NCBI GenBank assembly: GCA_963705505.1
Contig: CAVPJU010000006.1
Location: 192,001-256,000, forward strand
Reading direction: 5' to 3'
Length of the DNA stretch: 64,000 bases
Source: an uncultured bacterium
GTDB lineage: Bacteria > Desulfobacterota_D > UBA1144 > Nemesobacterales > UBA2774
Shown here: positions 63,126-64,000 of the stretch, piece by piece
Layout: every line of letters starts with the position of its first letter
Position numbering within the stretch: the first letter of the stretch is position 1
Position numbers and translations under genes: made by a program
Notes under the pieces: generated by a model
What the model saw: the letters and a program-made list of their open reading frames with translations, nothing else
Told to the model about the DNA's origin: nothing
Databases searched by the model: none

Positions 63126-63749
63126 TTGACTGAAGTCATCAAAGCGGATGATCCCGGAGCGCCCGAGAAAGCAGCCTCTATACTGAAAAGCGGCGGAATA
63201 ATCGTATACCCGACCGAGACCCTGTACGGGATCGGAGCCATCGTATCAAACGAGCTGGCAGTGAGCAGGGTTTTCGAAATCAAAGGACGCCCCCACGGAA
63301 AACCCATACCGGTCCTGGGAAGAGACAAAAAAATGCTCGCGGAAATAGTCGAGTTCAATGAAGCGGCCTCGTCCCTCGCAAAGAAATTCTGGCCCGGCCC
63401 TCTTACACTGGTATTGAGGGAAAAGGGGAAGCTGCCCGGGCTTATTACCGCCGGGACCGGAAAAGCCGCCGTCAGGGTCTCCGCCGACCCTTTCGTTATA
63501 AGGCTTTTTAACCTCATTGACGACCCGATTACATCGACGAGCGCTAACGTCAGCGGCGGTGACAACCTGCTCGAACCCGACTATATTTATGAAACATTCA
63601 AAGGGAAAGTTGAACTTATAATAGACTCTGGTAACATTCCGCCCTCGAAAGGGTCCACAGTCGTGGACGTAACTGCAATCCCTCCTGAAATAATAAGAGA
63701 AGGGGACATAACCCTCAGTGATCTAAAGGAGTTTTTCTCATGCCGATAG
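63126..63749 (+). CDS. tsaC: L-threonylcarbamoyladenylate synthase (TsaC/Sua5); start uncertain, ORF opens at 63084
   Basis: YPTETLYGIG, IKGR...KP, FWPGPLT, TSANVSG, STVVD. Confidence 0.92.
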   Translation: MTEVIKADDPGAPEKAASILKSGGIIVYPTETLYGIGAIVSNELAVSRVFEIKGRPHGKPIPVLGRDKKMLAEIVEFNEAASSLAKKFWPGPLTLVLREKGKLPGLITAGTGKAAVRVSADPFVIRLFNLIDDPITSTSANVSGGDNLLEPDYIYETFKGKVELIIDSGNIPPSKGSTVVDVTAIPPEIIREGDITLSDLKEFFSCR

Positions 63750-64000
63750 TAAGAGGATTCAAGGCGATAAGGTATAATCCCGATAAAATTGAAGATTTCC
63801 GCAGTATATTGGCGCCGCCCTATGACGTAATCAACCCCCGGGAGCAGGAAGAATTTCACGAGGCCCATCCTTTGAACGTCATACGTCTCATCCTTCCCAA
63901 AGGAGAGGGGGATATAAAATACGAACGGGCGAGTAAAGTGTTCAGGGACTGGTTTGTGCAGGACGTCCTCATACAAGACGCTCAACCGAGCATCTATCCC
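63740..64000 (+). CDS. DUF1015 family protein, N-terminal part, runs off the window edge
   Basis: Manual translation MPIVRGFKAIRYN...APPYDVI...N.IRLILP...Y.RA. AAGGAG RBS. Confidence 0.8.
   Translation, partial: MPIVRGFKAIRYNPDKIEDFRSILAPPYDVINPREQEEFHEAHPLNVIRLILPKGEGDIKYERASKVFRDWFVQDVLIQDAQPSIYP

Overview
Bacterial chromosomal window, gene-dense, with no rRNA, tRNA, CRISPR array or mobile element that I can recognise. Gene content (mfd-PPIase-SurA synteny, long S41 protease, Cys-containing C-terminal sorting tail) fits a deltaproteobacteria-like lineage, possibly Candidatus Dadabacteria (inference, not verified). Housekeeping blocks: lsrF-like aldolase, bioBAF, aldehyde dehydrogenase, gltBD, nadE, thiI, truA, leuB, mfd, two foldases, hsp20, nurA plus HAS-barrel gene, groESL, purE, tsaC. 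The central ~31 kb (17.7-48.6 kb) looks like a cell-surface glycoprotein locus. It contains a CPBP intramembrane protease resembling myxosortases, two GT2 polyprenol-phosphate-sugar synthases, a GtrA flippase and eight predicted GT-C membrane glycosyltransferases (PIG-V-like, PMT/GT39, GT87-like, two TMTC-like, two of unknown family). It also contains two paralogous secreted Cys/Asp-rich proteins, one ending in an (SPTIGP)3 linker and a GGGGGC-hydrophobic-RRRKK tail, with twin promoters and a double terminator. I propose this is an undescribed surface-layer sorting, lipid-anchoring and glycosylation system. A candidate small RNA with an anti-Shine-Dalgarno seed lies after hsp20. Many genes between 28.5 and 47 kb, and bioA, are broken by small indels that most likely are long-read assembly errors.
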